The notes beneath the pieces were generated by a model. The model saw only the letters and a program-made list of their open reading frames with translations. It searched no databases and was not told where the DNA came from. This document shows, piece after piece, positions 38,357 through 48,839 of a DNA stretch of 64,000 bases. Numbering within the stretch: position 1 is the stretch's first letter; the number at the start of each line of letters is the position of its first letter. The stretch is from Actinomycetes bacterium (GTDB lineage: Bacteria > Actinomycetota > Acidimicrobiia > Acidimicrobiales > Bog-793), in assembly GCA_021796535.1 (NCBI GenBank), contig JAKABW010000006.1, positions 6,156 to 70,155 on the forward strand. The letters run 5' to 3'. A program made the position numbers and the translations under genes.

Positions 38357-39706
38357 GTGGGTCATTACGGCGACTATTTGATTATTTTTGCCGTATCGGC
38401 TGTCGGCAGCTACATTTTCACTTTTCCGGCTACCCGTCTTGCCATACGCATGAAGGCGGTGGCCAAACCGGGCGACAGTCATATACATTCCAAAGCTACC
38501 CCCGTGGTGGGGCTGGGTCTCCTGACCGGCTTTTTGCTGGCCATGCTGACGGCTTACTTTTTGCCGGGTCTCCGTCAGATATTTGCCAATTCTCTCCAGC
38601 CTCTCGGGGTTGTTTTGGCCGCCGTGGTTATCTATTTGGTAGGTCTTGTCGACGACATTCGGGATATTTCTCCTCCGGCAAAGGTGGCCGGCCAGGTACT
38701 TTCCTCGATGTTTTTGGTGTATCTCGGCGTCACCATGTTCTATTTCAAGCTTCCGTTTCTGTCGAGTATCTATACTCTCTCTCCGTCTATGCTGCCCCTG
38801 GTGACGGCTCTCTGGGTCGTGGGTATGGCAAACGCCATCAATATAATTGACGGCCTGGACGGTTTGGCCGCGGGAATAGTGGCGATAGCTGCGGCGGCAC
38901 TGGCCGTTTACGGTTTTAAGCTGATCTCAATGGGCGTGCTTCCGGGCGGGGTCAATGATCTGGGCCCCCTGGTGGCCGTCATGGCCTGCGGTGTTGCCAT
39001 AGGATTTTTGCCTCACAATTTCCATCCCGCCAAAGTTTTTATGGGCGATTCCGGAGCCATGCTTTTGGGACTTTTTATGGCCGTGGCCACCATGGTGATA
39101 GGAGGCAGGACGGGAGGAACGGCAGCCGTGGACGTTTCGGGGCTGACCTTCTTTCGCTTTGCCCCCCTGTTTATCCCCTTCTTTATTTTGGGCGTACCGA
39201 TTCTGGATACGGTATTTGCCATTTTACGGCGTACCATCGGGAGGAAAGGCGTGGCCACAAGAGATTTGGGTCACCTGCATCACCGCTTGGTAAGCCTGGG
39301 GCACGGGCACAGGCGGGCCGTACTTATTTTGTGGGCGTGGACGCTTATTTTGTCGGCATTTATTTTGTATCCCGTTTTTGAACCGAAAGCAAATGCTTAC
39401 GTACCGATAGGGGCCGGAGTACTCGGAGTGCTGCTCTATACCCTTTTCAGACCCGGTTCACGTAAAGCCGTTGCCGCCGATGCATCTGCCGCGAATAACA
39501 ATATTGAGCAAGCCGACATAAAAGAAGGCGACGCCGGTAATGATTCCGGCAAGAATCAGCTTGCCGAACGGTACAGCCCGGCTGAGCGTACCGTGATCCA
39601 GACCGCCGCAACGGGTGTGGCGATGTACCAACCCAATTACAACGGTGAGTACGCAGGCGGTATGGACGTAAAGTCCGGTGGCGATGAGTCGCAAATCATA
39701 GGCTGA
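38357..39706 (+). CDS. wecA: Undecaprenyl-phosphate GlcNAc-1-phosphate transferase (MraY/WecA GT4 family)
   Basis: Motifs GLVDD, NAINIIDGLDGLA and FMGDSGAMLLG. The position upstream of the atp operon matches rfe/Rv1302. A low-complexity tail of about 70 aa follows. Confidence 0.85.
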   Translation: MGHYGDYLIIFAVSAVGSYIFTFPATRLAIRMKAVAKPGDSHIHSKATPVVGLGLLTGFLLAMLTAYFLPGLRQIFANSLQPLGVVLAAVVIYLVGLVDDIRDISPPAKVAGQVLSSMFLVYLGVTMFYFKLPFLSSIYTLSPSMLPLVTALWVVGMANAINIIDGLDGLAAGIVAIAAAALAVYGFKLISMGVLPGGVNDLGPLVAVMACGVAIGFLPHNFHPAKVFMGDSGAMLLGLFMAVATMVIGGRTGGTAAVDVSGLTFFRFAPLFIPFFILGVPILDTVFAILRRTIGRKGVATRDLGHLHHRLVSLGHGHRRAVLILWAWTLILSAFILYPVFEPKANAYVPIGAGVLGVLLYTLFRPGSRKAVAADASAANNNIEQADIKEGDAGNDSGKNQLAERYSPAERTVIQTAATGVAMYQPNYNGEYAGGMDVKSGGDESQIIG

Positions 39707-39826
39707 CCGGTGCGGCGAACAGCGGCCGTAGGCGCTTTTTACCTCTGAAAAATTTTTCTAAAGCGGCTTTGTTTTTCTTATATGCTCACGGTTGCTACGG
39801 GAAGTTTGCATGAGAAAGGTTGAAAA

Positions 39827-40066
39827 TTGACTGACGCAGGGAAGGACTCCGCCGAAAATTCTAATAAACAGTTTCAAATGTCGGCGGCAGACTTTCTTGT
39901 GGCCGGAGTGTTTTCAGGTATTTCGGTGGGGGGCGGAGTGGCCCTGGGTTATTTGATAGGAAATATAACAAATACGGGCTTTGTCTCTGTCGGGATCGGT
40001 CTTGTGCTAGGATTACTCATTGTATTTTTTTGGTTTCGCAAAAAAATAAAAGAAATGTTAAAATAG
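39827..40066 (+). CDS. AtpZ/AtpI-family small membrane protein
   Basis: 79 aa with two TM helices (FLVAGVFSGISVGGGVALGYLIG; VSVGIGLVLGLLIVFFW). TTG start. It is the first gene of the atp cluster. Confidence 0.6.
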   Translation: MTDAGKDSAENSNKQFQMSAADFLVAGVFSGISVGGGVALGYLIGNITNTGFVSVGIGLVLGLLIVFFWFRKKIKEMLK

Positions 40067-40116
40067 CCAAAAATTTTGATACCGCTTGAATTGGACAGTA
40101 ACGGGTTGTTAGTGAA

Positions 40117-40536
40117 ATGGAACGATTTGCAGCTATATTTCAGGAATTGCCTGTTCCTGAAATCACTGGTATTTTGAGACAGGCAGCATTGGGCGGCTTG
40201 TTTGTGGGCGTCGCAGCTTTGGCAACGGGAGCCGTCGTCTCGCATGTTTTTATAGGTCTGGGAATCGCCTTGGGGATAGCCATAGGTCTTTTCAATGTGA
40301 GAATGATTGTGAAGTCGGTTCTCAAAGTGACGGAAATATCTCCGGAGCACCCCAAGAGAGTTTTGGCAACCAAAGCCATTTACAGACTGGGTGTTTCAAC
40401 GTTGGTCGTTGTCGGACTGCTGGTGGCGAGGTTCAATTTGGGAGCCGGTGCCGCAGGCGGTATTGCATTGTTTTATTTGATACTGATGGCAGTGCTTTTG
40501 CGCTCTTTTCTTAAAGCTACAGCGAGGATGTCATGA
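40117..40536 (+). CDS. atpI: ATP synthase protein I
   Basis: 139-aa four-helix hydrophobic protein. It overlaps the atpB start by 4 nt. Confidence 0.65.
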   Translation: MERFAAIFQELPVPEITGILRQAALGGLFVGVAALATGAVVSHVFIGLGIALGIAIGLFNVRMIVKSVLKVTEISPEHPKRVLATKAIYRLGVSTLVVVGLLVARFNLGAGAAGGIALFYLILMAVLLRSFLKATARMS

Positions 40537-41276
40537 TTTTGTCCGCCTCTGTCCCCACAACGACAAACATACCGGTAGGTGCCCATATCACGGGCAAGTT
40601 TTTGTCCATGACAGTCAATATAGACGACATCATATCCTGTTTGGTGGCCGGAGCGATAGTTTTGATCCTCGGCTTTTGGATGAGGGCAAAAGTTACATCG
40701 GGAGTACCCGGCAAACTGCAGATGTTTTTTGAGGCAGTTGTGGGGTGGGTACAAGACCAGGTCATAAAGTCTATGGGGGATAAAGGCCGGGCCGTCATCC
40801 CTCTGGCCGTCACCATATTTTTCTATATCTTATTTGCCAATTGGCTGGAAATGCTGCCAACCGGGCATAACCCGCAATATCTTCCCGCTCCGACGGGAGA
40901 TATCAACTTTACCGCAGCCATGGCTGTTGTGGTCATTGTGCTGGTGCATATAACTTATGTCAGACGGAAGGGGATCCTAACCTATCTGGGCCACTATTTT
41001 AAGCCTTATCCCGTTTTCTTCCCTATCAACGTCATAGAAGAAATTACAAAACCGATCACGCTGGCCCTCCGACTTTTCGGTAATATTTTTGCGGGCGGGA
41101 TACTTTTGTTGCTGATTTCCGACCTGATTCCGGCAAAGCTTATTGTCGGAATACCGATACTTGACGTCGGATGGAAATTGTTTGACGGGTTGTTTGTGGG
41201 ACCGATTCAGGCGTTCATATTTACCCTTCTTACGATTATGTACTTTGAATCGGCAATATCAGAATCTGTTCACTAG
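40533..41276 (+). CDS. atpB: F0F1 ATP synthase subunit a
   Basis: The conserved LALRLFGNIFAGG block contains the essential Arg. Confidence 0.95.
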   Translation: MILSASVPTTTNIPVGAHITGKFLSMTVNIDDIISCLVAGAIVLILGFWMRAKVTSGVPGKLQMFFEAVVGWVQDQVIKSMGDKGRAVIPLAVTIFFYILFANWLEMLPTGHNPQYLPAPTGDINFTAAMAVVVIVLVHITYVRRKGILTYLGHYFKPYPVFFPINVIEEITKPITLALRLFGNIFAGGILLLLISDLIPAKLIVGIPILDVGWKLFDGLFVGPIQAFIFTLLTIMYFESAISESVH

Positions 41277-41497
41277 ATACGCCGACCCTTTTTACCCCGG
41301 TACGCCAGCGCGCTGTTGGTTATATATTTAGTAGAAAACAAGGGTACCGAAAGTGTTTTTGTACTGCAATAAGACCTAGTATTTTCGATTTTCCCGCTTG
41401 GAATAAAACTCACTAATAAGTGATTTTTAGAAAAAGCGGTCATTAAATGTAATAAAGTTTTACTGATCAATTTTAGCTGAATAGGAGACAACCAGAA

Positions 41498-41758
41498 ATG
41501 GCAGATACAACCCAGCAGGCAATTCAGCTCGCAGGGGCGATGGTAGGCGGCGGTTTAGCCCTAGGAGGAGGTGCCATCGGTGCTTCTATAGGTGACTCTT
41601 TGGCCGGTTCACAGGTTATCGCCGGCGTCGTGCGACAACCACAGGCTCAGGGCCGTCTTATGGGTATTATGTTTATCGTGGTAGGGTTGGCTGAGGCCAT
41701 GTACTTCATCAACCTTGTGTTTACCGTGCTTTTTATATTTGTGCTCTACAAACACTAA
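41498..41758 (+). CDS. atpE: F0F1 ATP synthase subunit c
   Basis: 86-aa hairpin with loop RQPQ and the carboxylate in GLAEAMYF. Confidence 0.95.
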   Translation: MADTTQQAIQLAGAMVGGGLALGGGAIGASIGDSLAGSQVIAGVVRQPQAQGRLMGIMFIVVGLAEAMYFINLVFTVLFIFVLYKH

Positions 41759-41788
41759 AACATCATACCCCGGAAAGAAATATTTTAG

Positions 41789-42445
41789 ATGCTGATTTTT
41801 TTGGCAAATACGACAGGAAAAGCGGGTTGGGGTCTTGAGCGCGTCGGCAACTTATTGTCGAAGCCGACCGGACTCCACTCCAAGTCTCTCGGGATCCTCA
41901 CGGGGGTCGTGAAATCATCCTCCGGAGTGACGACGACGACTTCGGCCCCCATATTTATTTTGCCAAACGGCACTTTTTTTGTGGAACTGGTTATTTTTCT
42001 TGTCGTTTTCGGGGTATTGGCACGCTTTGTCATTCCGCCGGTCGTAAAAGCCATGAAAGAGCGCGAAGAGCTGCTTTCCTCATCCTTAACGGGTGTCACC
42101 GAAGCCAAAACAGAGGCTGTCACGTTGCTGGGTGAAGCCGATGCCGTGTTGACGGGTGCCCGTTTGGAAGCCCGTCAAATTATAGAAGGCGCCGCTCTAA
42201 ACGCCGCAACCATCATGGCCGATGCCAAAGCCAAAGCCATGACAGCTTATAATGAGGCATTTGATAAATCTCAACACAAGATCGAGGATCTGAGAAAAGA
42301 ATTGATGACAGGGTTGGAAACTCAAGCCGAGAAGTTAATTATCGATATTGCCGGAACGATGGTTCCGGGCGGCCGAATTTCTGTTACCGGAAAAGAAGCG
42401 TCGGAAGCCTATTCGCTTGTGAAGGCGGCAAAAAGCAATGAGTAA
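41789..42445 (+). CDS. atpF: F0F1 ATP synthase subunit b (start uncertain; N-terminal extension of about 50 aa if the ATG at 41789 is used)
   Basis: The canonical b N-terminus ILPNGTFFVELVIFLVVFGVLARFVIPPV begins at residue 55 and is followed by a long Ala/Glu/Lys helix. Confidence 0.8.
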   Translation: MLIFLANTTGKAGWGLERVGNLLSKPTGLHSKSLGILTGVVKSSSGVTTTTSAPIFILPNGTFFVELVIFLVVFGVLARFVIPPVVKAMKEREELLSSSLTGVTEAKTEAVTLLGEADAVLTGARLEARQIIEGAALNAATIMADAKAKAMTAYNEAFDKSQHKIEDLRKELMTGLETQAEKLIIDIAGTMVPGGRISVTGKEASEAYSLVKAAKSNE

Positions 42446-42947
42446 TTTTGGCTTGGCTTATATGGAAGAAGTCGCCGGTTTTGTTATTTTCGTCGCCATT
42501 ATTTGGTGGAAATTGGTACCTGTGCTGAAATCGCTGGCGAATAAAAAAGCCGGTATGATCAAAGAGCAGTTAAGTGCCACGGAAAACGCCCAAAAAGCGG
42601 CAGCTTTGTCGATAGAAGAAGCGAAAGCCTCTCTCGGAAAAGCCAAAACCGACGCAACACAAATTGTGGCCGACGCCCATAAAAGCGCCGAAAGCATTAT
42701 AGAAAATGCCCGGGAAAAAGCCGGGCAGGAGCAAGGCCGTATTCTGGCCAAAGTGGATCAAGACATTGATTTTGAATTGAGCAAAATGCGCGATGAGCTG
42801 ACAAAAGAATTTGCCGAAACGGTCGTCGCCGCCGCCAGATTATTGGTGGAAAAGAATTTGGATCAAGAATTGCACCACATAGTGATCAACGAAGCCATTC
42901 AGGCCTCATCATTAAATTCGGCTTCTTCCCCTGCCGAGGGCAAATAA
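42438..42947 (+). CDS. atpF: F0F1 ATP synthase subunit b' (second b-type subunit)
   Basis: 169 aa with a single N-terminal TM helix (VAGFVIFVAIIWWKLV) and a long charged helix. It overlaps the preceding b gene by 8 nt. Confidence 0.8.
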   Translation: MSNFGLAYMEEVAGFVIFVAIIWWKLVPVLKSLANKKAGMIKEQLSATENAQKAAALSIEEAKASLGKAKTDATQIVADAHKSAESIIENAREKAGQEQGRILAKVDQDIDFELSKMRDELTKEFAETVVAAARLLVEKNLDQELHHIVINEAIQASSLNSASSPAEGK

Positions 42948-43065
42948 GAAATGTCTTATACTAGTATTTTTTCCGTGGGCCAATCTGCGTCAATCGGACA
43001 GCCGTTGAATTGCTATGGCGAGGCTTGCTTGGCACGTCACCTTATCTCACGGGCGGGCTGTGACA

Positions 43066-44016
43066 ATGCGTGAAATAGTACGCGGTTATACGACTTATTT
43101 TTTGGAAGAGGCTCTTGTATCCGATCATTTCGAATCCGTTGCCTTGGCCGGAGAAGCCCTTTCCGAAGTCGTGGAAGATTTGCCAGAGCTCCGCAATGTA
43201 TTTGAAATACCGGATATCAATAAGCGGTTGATAAAAGAAATTATAAAAGATATCGTTGAGAAAAAATTCCCCACAGAAGCGGCGTCACTTCTTGCTTTCA
43301 TGGCCGCAGCCGAGCAGCAATCGCAATTTGTTGCGGTTATCAATCAGTTGATAGGGGAAATGGAAGCTCTGGCTGGTATGACCAAATCCTTGGTAAAGGA
43401 AGACAAGCCGCTTTTTACGCCAGATAATTTTGCCTCTTTGTATCTCTATACATTTCAAAAGTACACTTCTTACAGACAGGCCCGAGATCTGATGGCCGGA
43501 TACCTCGAACCGGTATTTGAGGCAGCCGCAAACCTTGCCGATCTCAGAACCGTTGAAGACTCGCTTTTCGCGGTGAGTAATACCGTGAATGAAAACAGAG
43601 AGCTGGCCAAAGTCCTGGGGGATCCCTATGTGGCCGGGAAAGTAAAATTAAGTATTGTCTCGTCACTTTTTGCCTCCAGAACGGACCCCATTGCTTATCG
43701 CATACTGCGGTTTGCCGTTTCGATACCAAGAGTGCGCGATCTGGCCGGACTGATCGGCTTTTGTGTTGAGCTGATAACGGCGGAAAGAGGCAGACGCTTG
43801 GCCGAGGTGCGTTCGGTAGTGCCGCTTGCACCCGAAGAAGAAAGGCAGCTGCACACCCTTCTGGAACGGCTTGTCGGGAAAAAAGTCGAAATGAGATTTG
43901 TCATCGATTCCAACCTGATGGGCGGATTTGTGGTTTTACTGGGGGATTATTTTATAGACGCATCGTTGTTGGCAAAGTTCAATCAATTGTCGGAGAATTT
44001 GGTTTTATCGGCATAA
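43066..44016 (+). CDS. atpH: F0F1 ATP synthase subunit delta (OSCP) with an N-terminal extension of about 140 aa
   Basis: The C-terminal 180 aa is a full delta (…ELAKVLGDP…, …VEMRFVIDSNLMGGFVVLLGDYFIDASL). The start is either the ATG at 43066 or at 43015. Confidence 0.85.
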   Translation: MREIVRGYTTYFLEEALVSDHFESVALAGEALSEVVEDLPELRNVFEIPDINKRLIKEIIKDIVEKKFPTEAASLLAFMAAAEQQSQFVAVINQLIGEMEALAGMTKSLVKEDKPLFTPDNFASLYLYTFQKYTSYRQARDLMAGYLEPVFEAAANLADLRTVEDSLFAVSNTVNENRELAKVLGDPYVAGKVKLSIVSSLFASRTDPIAYRILRFAVSIPRVRDLAGLIGFCVELITAERGRRLAEVRSVVPLAPEEERQLHTLLERLVGKKVEMRFVIDSNLMGGFVVLLGDYFIDASLLAKFNQLSENLVLSA

Positions 44017-44097
44017 AAGTGGTCAGCGCGACATGGAAACACGTTAGGGCTTTGTTGGAGAAATCGGAAAAGTATTTTATCGGAAAGGCAGCCGGGT

Positions 44098-45651
44098 ATG
44101 GCAGATCTTAAATTTGACGCAAAAGAGATAACATCGGTTATCGAAACCCATCTTAAGCAATTCAGCACGGAAGTACAGACCGAACAGGTAGGCCGAATTG
44201 TCGAAGTTGGCGACGGGATAGCCCGTATTGCCGGACTGCCCAGTGCTTCCGTCAATGAACTCCTCGAATTCGAAAACGGAGTTTTCGGTCTGGCTCTGAA
44301 CCTCGACGAAGACACGGTGGGAGCCGTTGTTCTCGGTGACGTGGAGGGACTGGACGAAGGACAGATTGTAAGGTCGACGAAAAGGATTTTGTCGATTCCG
44401 GTCGGCGACGAGCTCCTCGGAAGAGTGGTGGATCCTCTCGGCAACCCGATAGACGGCAAAGGTCCCATTGCCAACAAAAAACTCAGACGTCTTGAAATAC
44501 AGGCCCCCGGTATCGTCAACAGACAGCCTGTGAGTGAGCCTCTCCAGACCGGTGTCAAAGTTGTTGACACGATGACTCCGGTGGGGCGCGGACAGAGAGA
44601 GTTGATCATCGGCGACCGGAAAACTGGCAAGACCACTTTGGCCGTCGATACCATCATCAATCAAAAAGGCACCGGCATAAAGTGTATCTATGTGGCGGTC
44701 GGTCAAAAAGGTTCCACTGTGGCCCAGGTAGTCGCCACCTTGGAAGAATACGAAGCCCTTGACTATACGGTGGTGGTGGCGGCTCCGGCTTCGAGTTCTG
44801 CCCCCTTCCAGTATTTGGCTCCTTATTCCGGTTGTGCCATAGGGCAGAATTGGATGGAAAACGGGGAGCACGCCCTGATAGTCTATGATGACCTTTCCAA
44901 GCAGGCCGATGCCTACAGGCAGCTTTCTCTTTTGTTGCGCAGGCCTCCTGGACGCGAAGCCTACCCCGGTGATGTTTTCTACCTTCACTCCAGACTCTTG
45001 GAGCGCGCCGCCAAATTGTCTGACGAAAAAGGCGGCGGATCGATGACAGCTTTGCCCATTATCGAGACCAAGGCAGGCGACATATCGGCCTATATTCCCA
45101 CCAACGTTATTTCGATTACAGACGGACAGATTTTCCTGGAGACGGACTTGTTCAACGCCGGTTTCAGGCCTGCCATGAACGTCGGTAACTCGGTGAGCAG
45201 AGTGGGTGGTGCCGCCCAAATCAAAGCCATGAAGCAGGTCGTCGGTTCTTTGAAGATCGACTTGGCGCAGTTCCGTGACTTGGAAGCTTTCGCCACATTC
45301 GGTTCTGAATTGGATCCGACGGCAAAAGCTCAGTTGGAAAGAGGATATAGGTTAACCGAGCTCCTGAAGCAAAACCAGCACGAGATGCTTTCCGCCGGCG
45401 AACAGGTCATCATTATTTACGCCGGTGTGAAAGGTCATCTTGACGAGATACAGGTTCAAGAAGTACAGCGTTTTGAGCAGGCTTTGAAATTGTACCTGCA
45501 GACAACGGGTAAAAGCCTTGTCGAGCACATCTCTTCCACGGGAACTTTGCCGGACGAAGGACTGATAGTGGCGGCAATCAACGAAGTCAAAAAACAATTT
45601 AATATAGCTTCCGGCGGATCGGGTAACTCCGGTCAAGGCGGTGTCGCATAA
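44098..45651 (+). CDS. atpA: F0F1 ATP synthase subunit alpha
   Basis: P-loop GDRKTGKT and high overall conservation. Confidence 0.97.
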   Translation: MADLKFDAKEITSVIETHLKQFSTEVQTEQVGRIVEVGDGIARIAGLPSASVNELLEFENGVFGLALNLDEDTVGAVVLGDVEGLDEGQIVRSTKRILSIPVGDELLGRVVDPLGNPIDGKGPIANKKLRRLEIQAPGIVNRQPVSEPLQTGVKVVDTMTPVGRGQRELIIGDRKTGKTTLAVDTIINQKGTGIKCIYVAVGQKGSTVAQVVATLEEYEALDYTVVVAAPASSSAPFQYLAPYSGCAIGQNWMENGEHALIVYDDLSKQADAYRQLSLLLRRPPGREAYPGDVFYLHSRLLERAAKLSDEKGGGSMTALPIIETKAGDISAYIPTNVISITDGQIFLETDLFNAGFRPAMNVGNSVSRVGGAAQIKAMKQVVGSLKIDLAQFRDLEAFATFGSELDPTAKAQLERGYRLTELLKQNQHEMLSAGEQVIIIYAGVKGHLDEIQVQEVQRFEQALKLYLQTTGKSLVEHISSTGTLPDEGLIVAAINEVKKQFNIASGGSGNSGQGGVA

Positions 45652-45654
45652 GGT

Positions 45655-46620
45655 ATGGCTGGCGGGCAAGAAAGAATACTGCGACGCAGAATTCGCAGTA
45701 TCGAATCCACCAAGAAGATCACCAGAGCCTTTGAGCTTATTGCTCAATCGCAGATAGCGCGCGCCCAAGCCAGAATAGCCGGGACAAGGGAATACTCCGA
45801 AGGTCTGAAGCGCTCTTTGGCGGTTTGCGCCAGCCAAGTGAGCGACCTCTTTTTGTATCCCGCCCCCGGTGCTTCCGCCGAACGCCAGGCCATATTGGTC
45901 GTGATAGCGGGTGACAGGGGCCTGTGCGGAGGTTACAACACGCTCTGCCTGAGAAGCGCAGAGAAGCGCCTTGTTCAATTGCGCCAAGACGATTTTGACG
46001 TAAAGTTGGTGACGGTCGGAAAAAAAGCAGAAAGCTATTTCCGGTACAGGCATATAGACGTAGAAGCGGCCTTTTTCAAAATGTCGAACAGACCGACTTT
46101 TGAAGACGCCAGGGCTGTCTCTCACTTTCTCAACGGCTTGATAAATGAAAATCTGGATATAGCATTGGAAGTAATAGGTTGGCGTTTTTATTCGATAGCT
46201 TCACAAAAATTGGCATCGGTGAAGCTGTTGCCGTTGCAAGAAGCGACGACAGAGGACGCCGACGATGCCGACGACACTATAGCCGCGGAAGTTGCAAACG
46301 GCGCCAGTTACTTTTTTGAACCGGAGCCTGAGTCTTTGCTGCAAATTTTGCTGCCCATCTACCTGGAAGCGGATATCTTTCGGGCACTTTTGGAAGCTTC
46401 CGCTTCTGAGCATACGGCAAGACAGCGGGCCATGGCGGCGGCTACCCAGAACGCCGAAGATCTGATCACGGTTTTGAGACGTAAGATGAACAGGGTAAGA
46501 CAGGAAGCCATAACAACGGAAATTATGGAAATTGTTGGCGGGGCGGAAGCCTTAAGATCTCTCGGTACCGCTGAGGACCGCGGCCAACCGGATTTGGAAA
46601 TTATAAGACCAAGAGGGTAA
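45655..46620 (+). CDS. atpG: F0F1 ATP synthase subunit gamma
   Basis: N-terminal RRRIRSIESTKKITRAFELIA and C-terminal ITTEIMEIVGGAEAL helices. Confidence 0.95.
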   Translation: MAGGQERILRRRIRSIESTKKITRAFELIAQSQIARAQARIAGTREYSEGLKRSLAVCASQVSDLFLYPAPGASAERQAILVVIAGDRGLCGGYNTLCLRSAEKRLVQLRQDDFDVKLVTVGKKAESYFRYRHIDVEAAFFKMSNRPTFEDARAVSHFLNGLINENLDIALEVIGWRFYSIASQKLASVKLLPLQEATTEDADDADDTIAAEVANGASYFFEPEPESLLQILLPIYLEADIFRALLEASASEHTARQRAMAAATQNAEDLITVLRRKMNRVRQEAITTEIMEIVGGAEALRSLGTAEDRGQPDLEIIRPRG

Positions 46621-48084
<1,464 letters not shown>

Positions 48085-48097
48085 TTGGGAAGAGATC

Positions 48098-48694
48098 TTG
48101 GCGAATACTTTTCTTGCTGAAATTATTACACCGGAAAAAGTTCTTTTTAGGGCTTTAGCCGAAGAGGTGACCCTAAGAACAGAAGACGGGGACATAACTT
48201 TTTTGGCCAATCACGCCGACTATCTTGCCGCCGCGGACATCACACCGGTTAGGATTCAAGTCAGCAATGAGGCGAATGTCGCCGAATGGATCAATGCCTA
48301 CGCGACAGAGCCCGGCAACCGGGCTCAAAAGTCTCCGCTTGTCGGAGTAAACCGGGAAGACCTGCATGCTTCCGACTCGCTTTCCGTCTATGCGGCGGTT
48401 CACGGCGGATTCGTTCACGTTACCGAAGAGGGTGTGCGAATTTATTCGCCGGTGGCCGAATTGGCAACGGCTCTGGACAGAGATCGGGTCGAGGCCGTCC
48501 TTGACGGTTTGCCGGTGGGCGCCGACACTTTCTCCGATCCCGTTGACGAGGATGAGAAAATCAATCCCAGCCTGGTCTCCTTGCTTTCGACTTCCCCTGT
48601 GGCAAGGGCAATTTTGTTACCGGGGGCTTATGAAAGCAGGCAGCGTCGGGCAGAAGTCAGGCTTGCCGTTCTCAACGCCGCCGGCCAGTTTTAA
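48098..48694 (+). CDS. atpC: F0F1 ATP synthase subunit epsilon (atypically long)
   Basis: The N-terminal beta-sandwich pattern LAEIITPEKVLF...VTLRTEDGDITFLANHA is recognisable. A TTG at 48098 behind GGGAAGAG is proposed as the start; the ORF-track ATG at 48044 lies inside atpD. Confidence 0.8.
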   Translation: MANTFLAEIITPEKVLFRALAEEVTLRTEDGDITFLANHADYLAAADITPVRIQVSNEANVAEWINAYATEPGNRAQKSPLVGVNREDLHASDSLSVYAAVHGGFVHVTEEGVRIYSPVAELATALDRDRVEAVLDGLPVGADTFSDPVDEDEKINPSLVSLLSTSPVARAILLPGAYESRQRRAEVRLAVLNAAGQF

Positions 48695-48839
48695 TTTACC
48701 GAGAGCTCCTTTTTTTGAAGCTCTCACGGGCGTTTTGGGACAGCAGAGAAGGTTTTCCTCTGGTTCGGCGCTGTCCCAAAAATCAGATCTGGGATCCGTG
48801 TGGGAAAATTCTCGGCAAAGCTAGTACAATCGGTCTGTC

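Noticed and set aside
48700-48790. Hairpins after atpC (gagagct-N11-agctctc; gggacagc-N25-gctgtccc) as an operon terminator.
   Set aside because: The loops are large and no proper T-tract follows either stem. I could not support an intrinsic terminator call.
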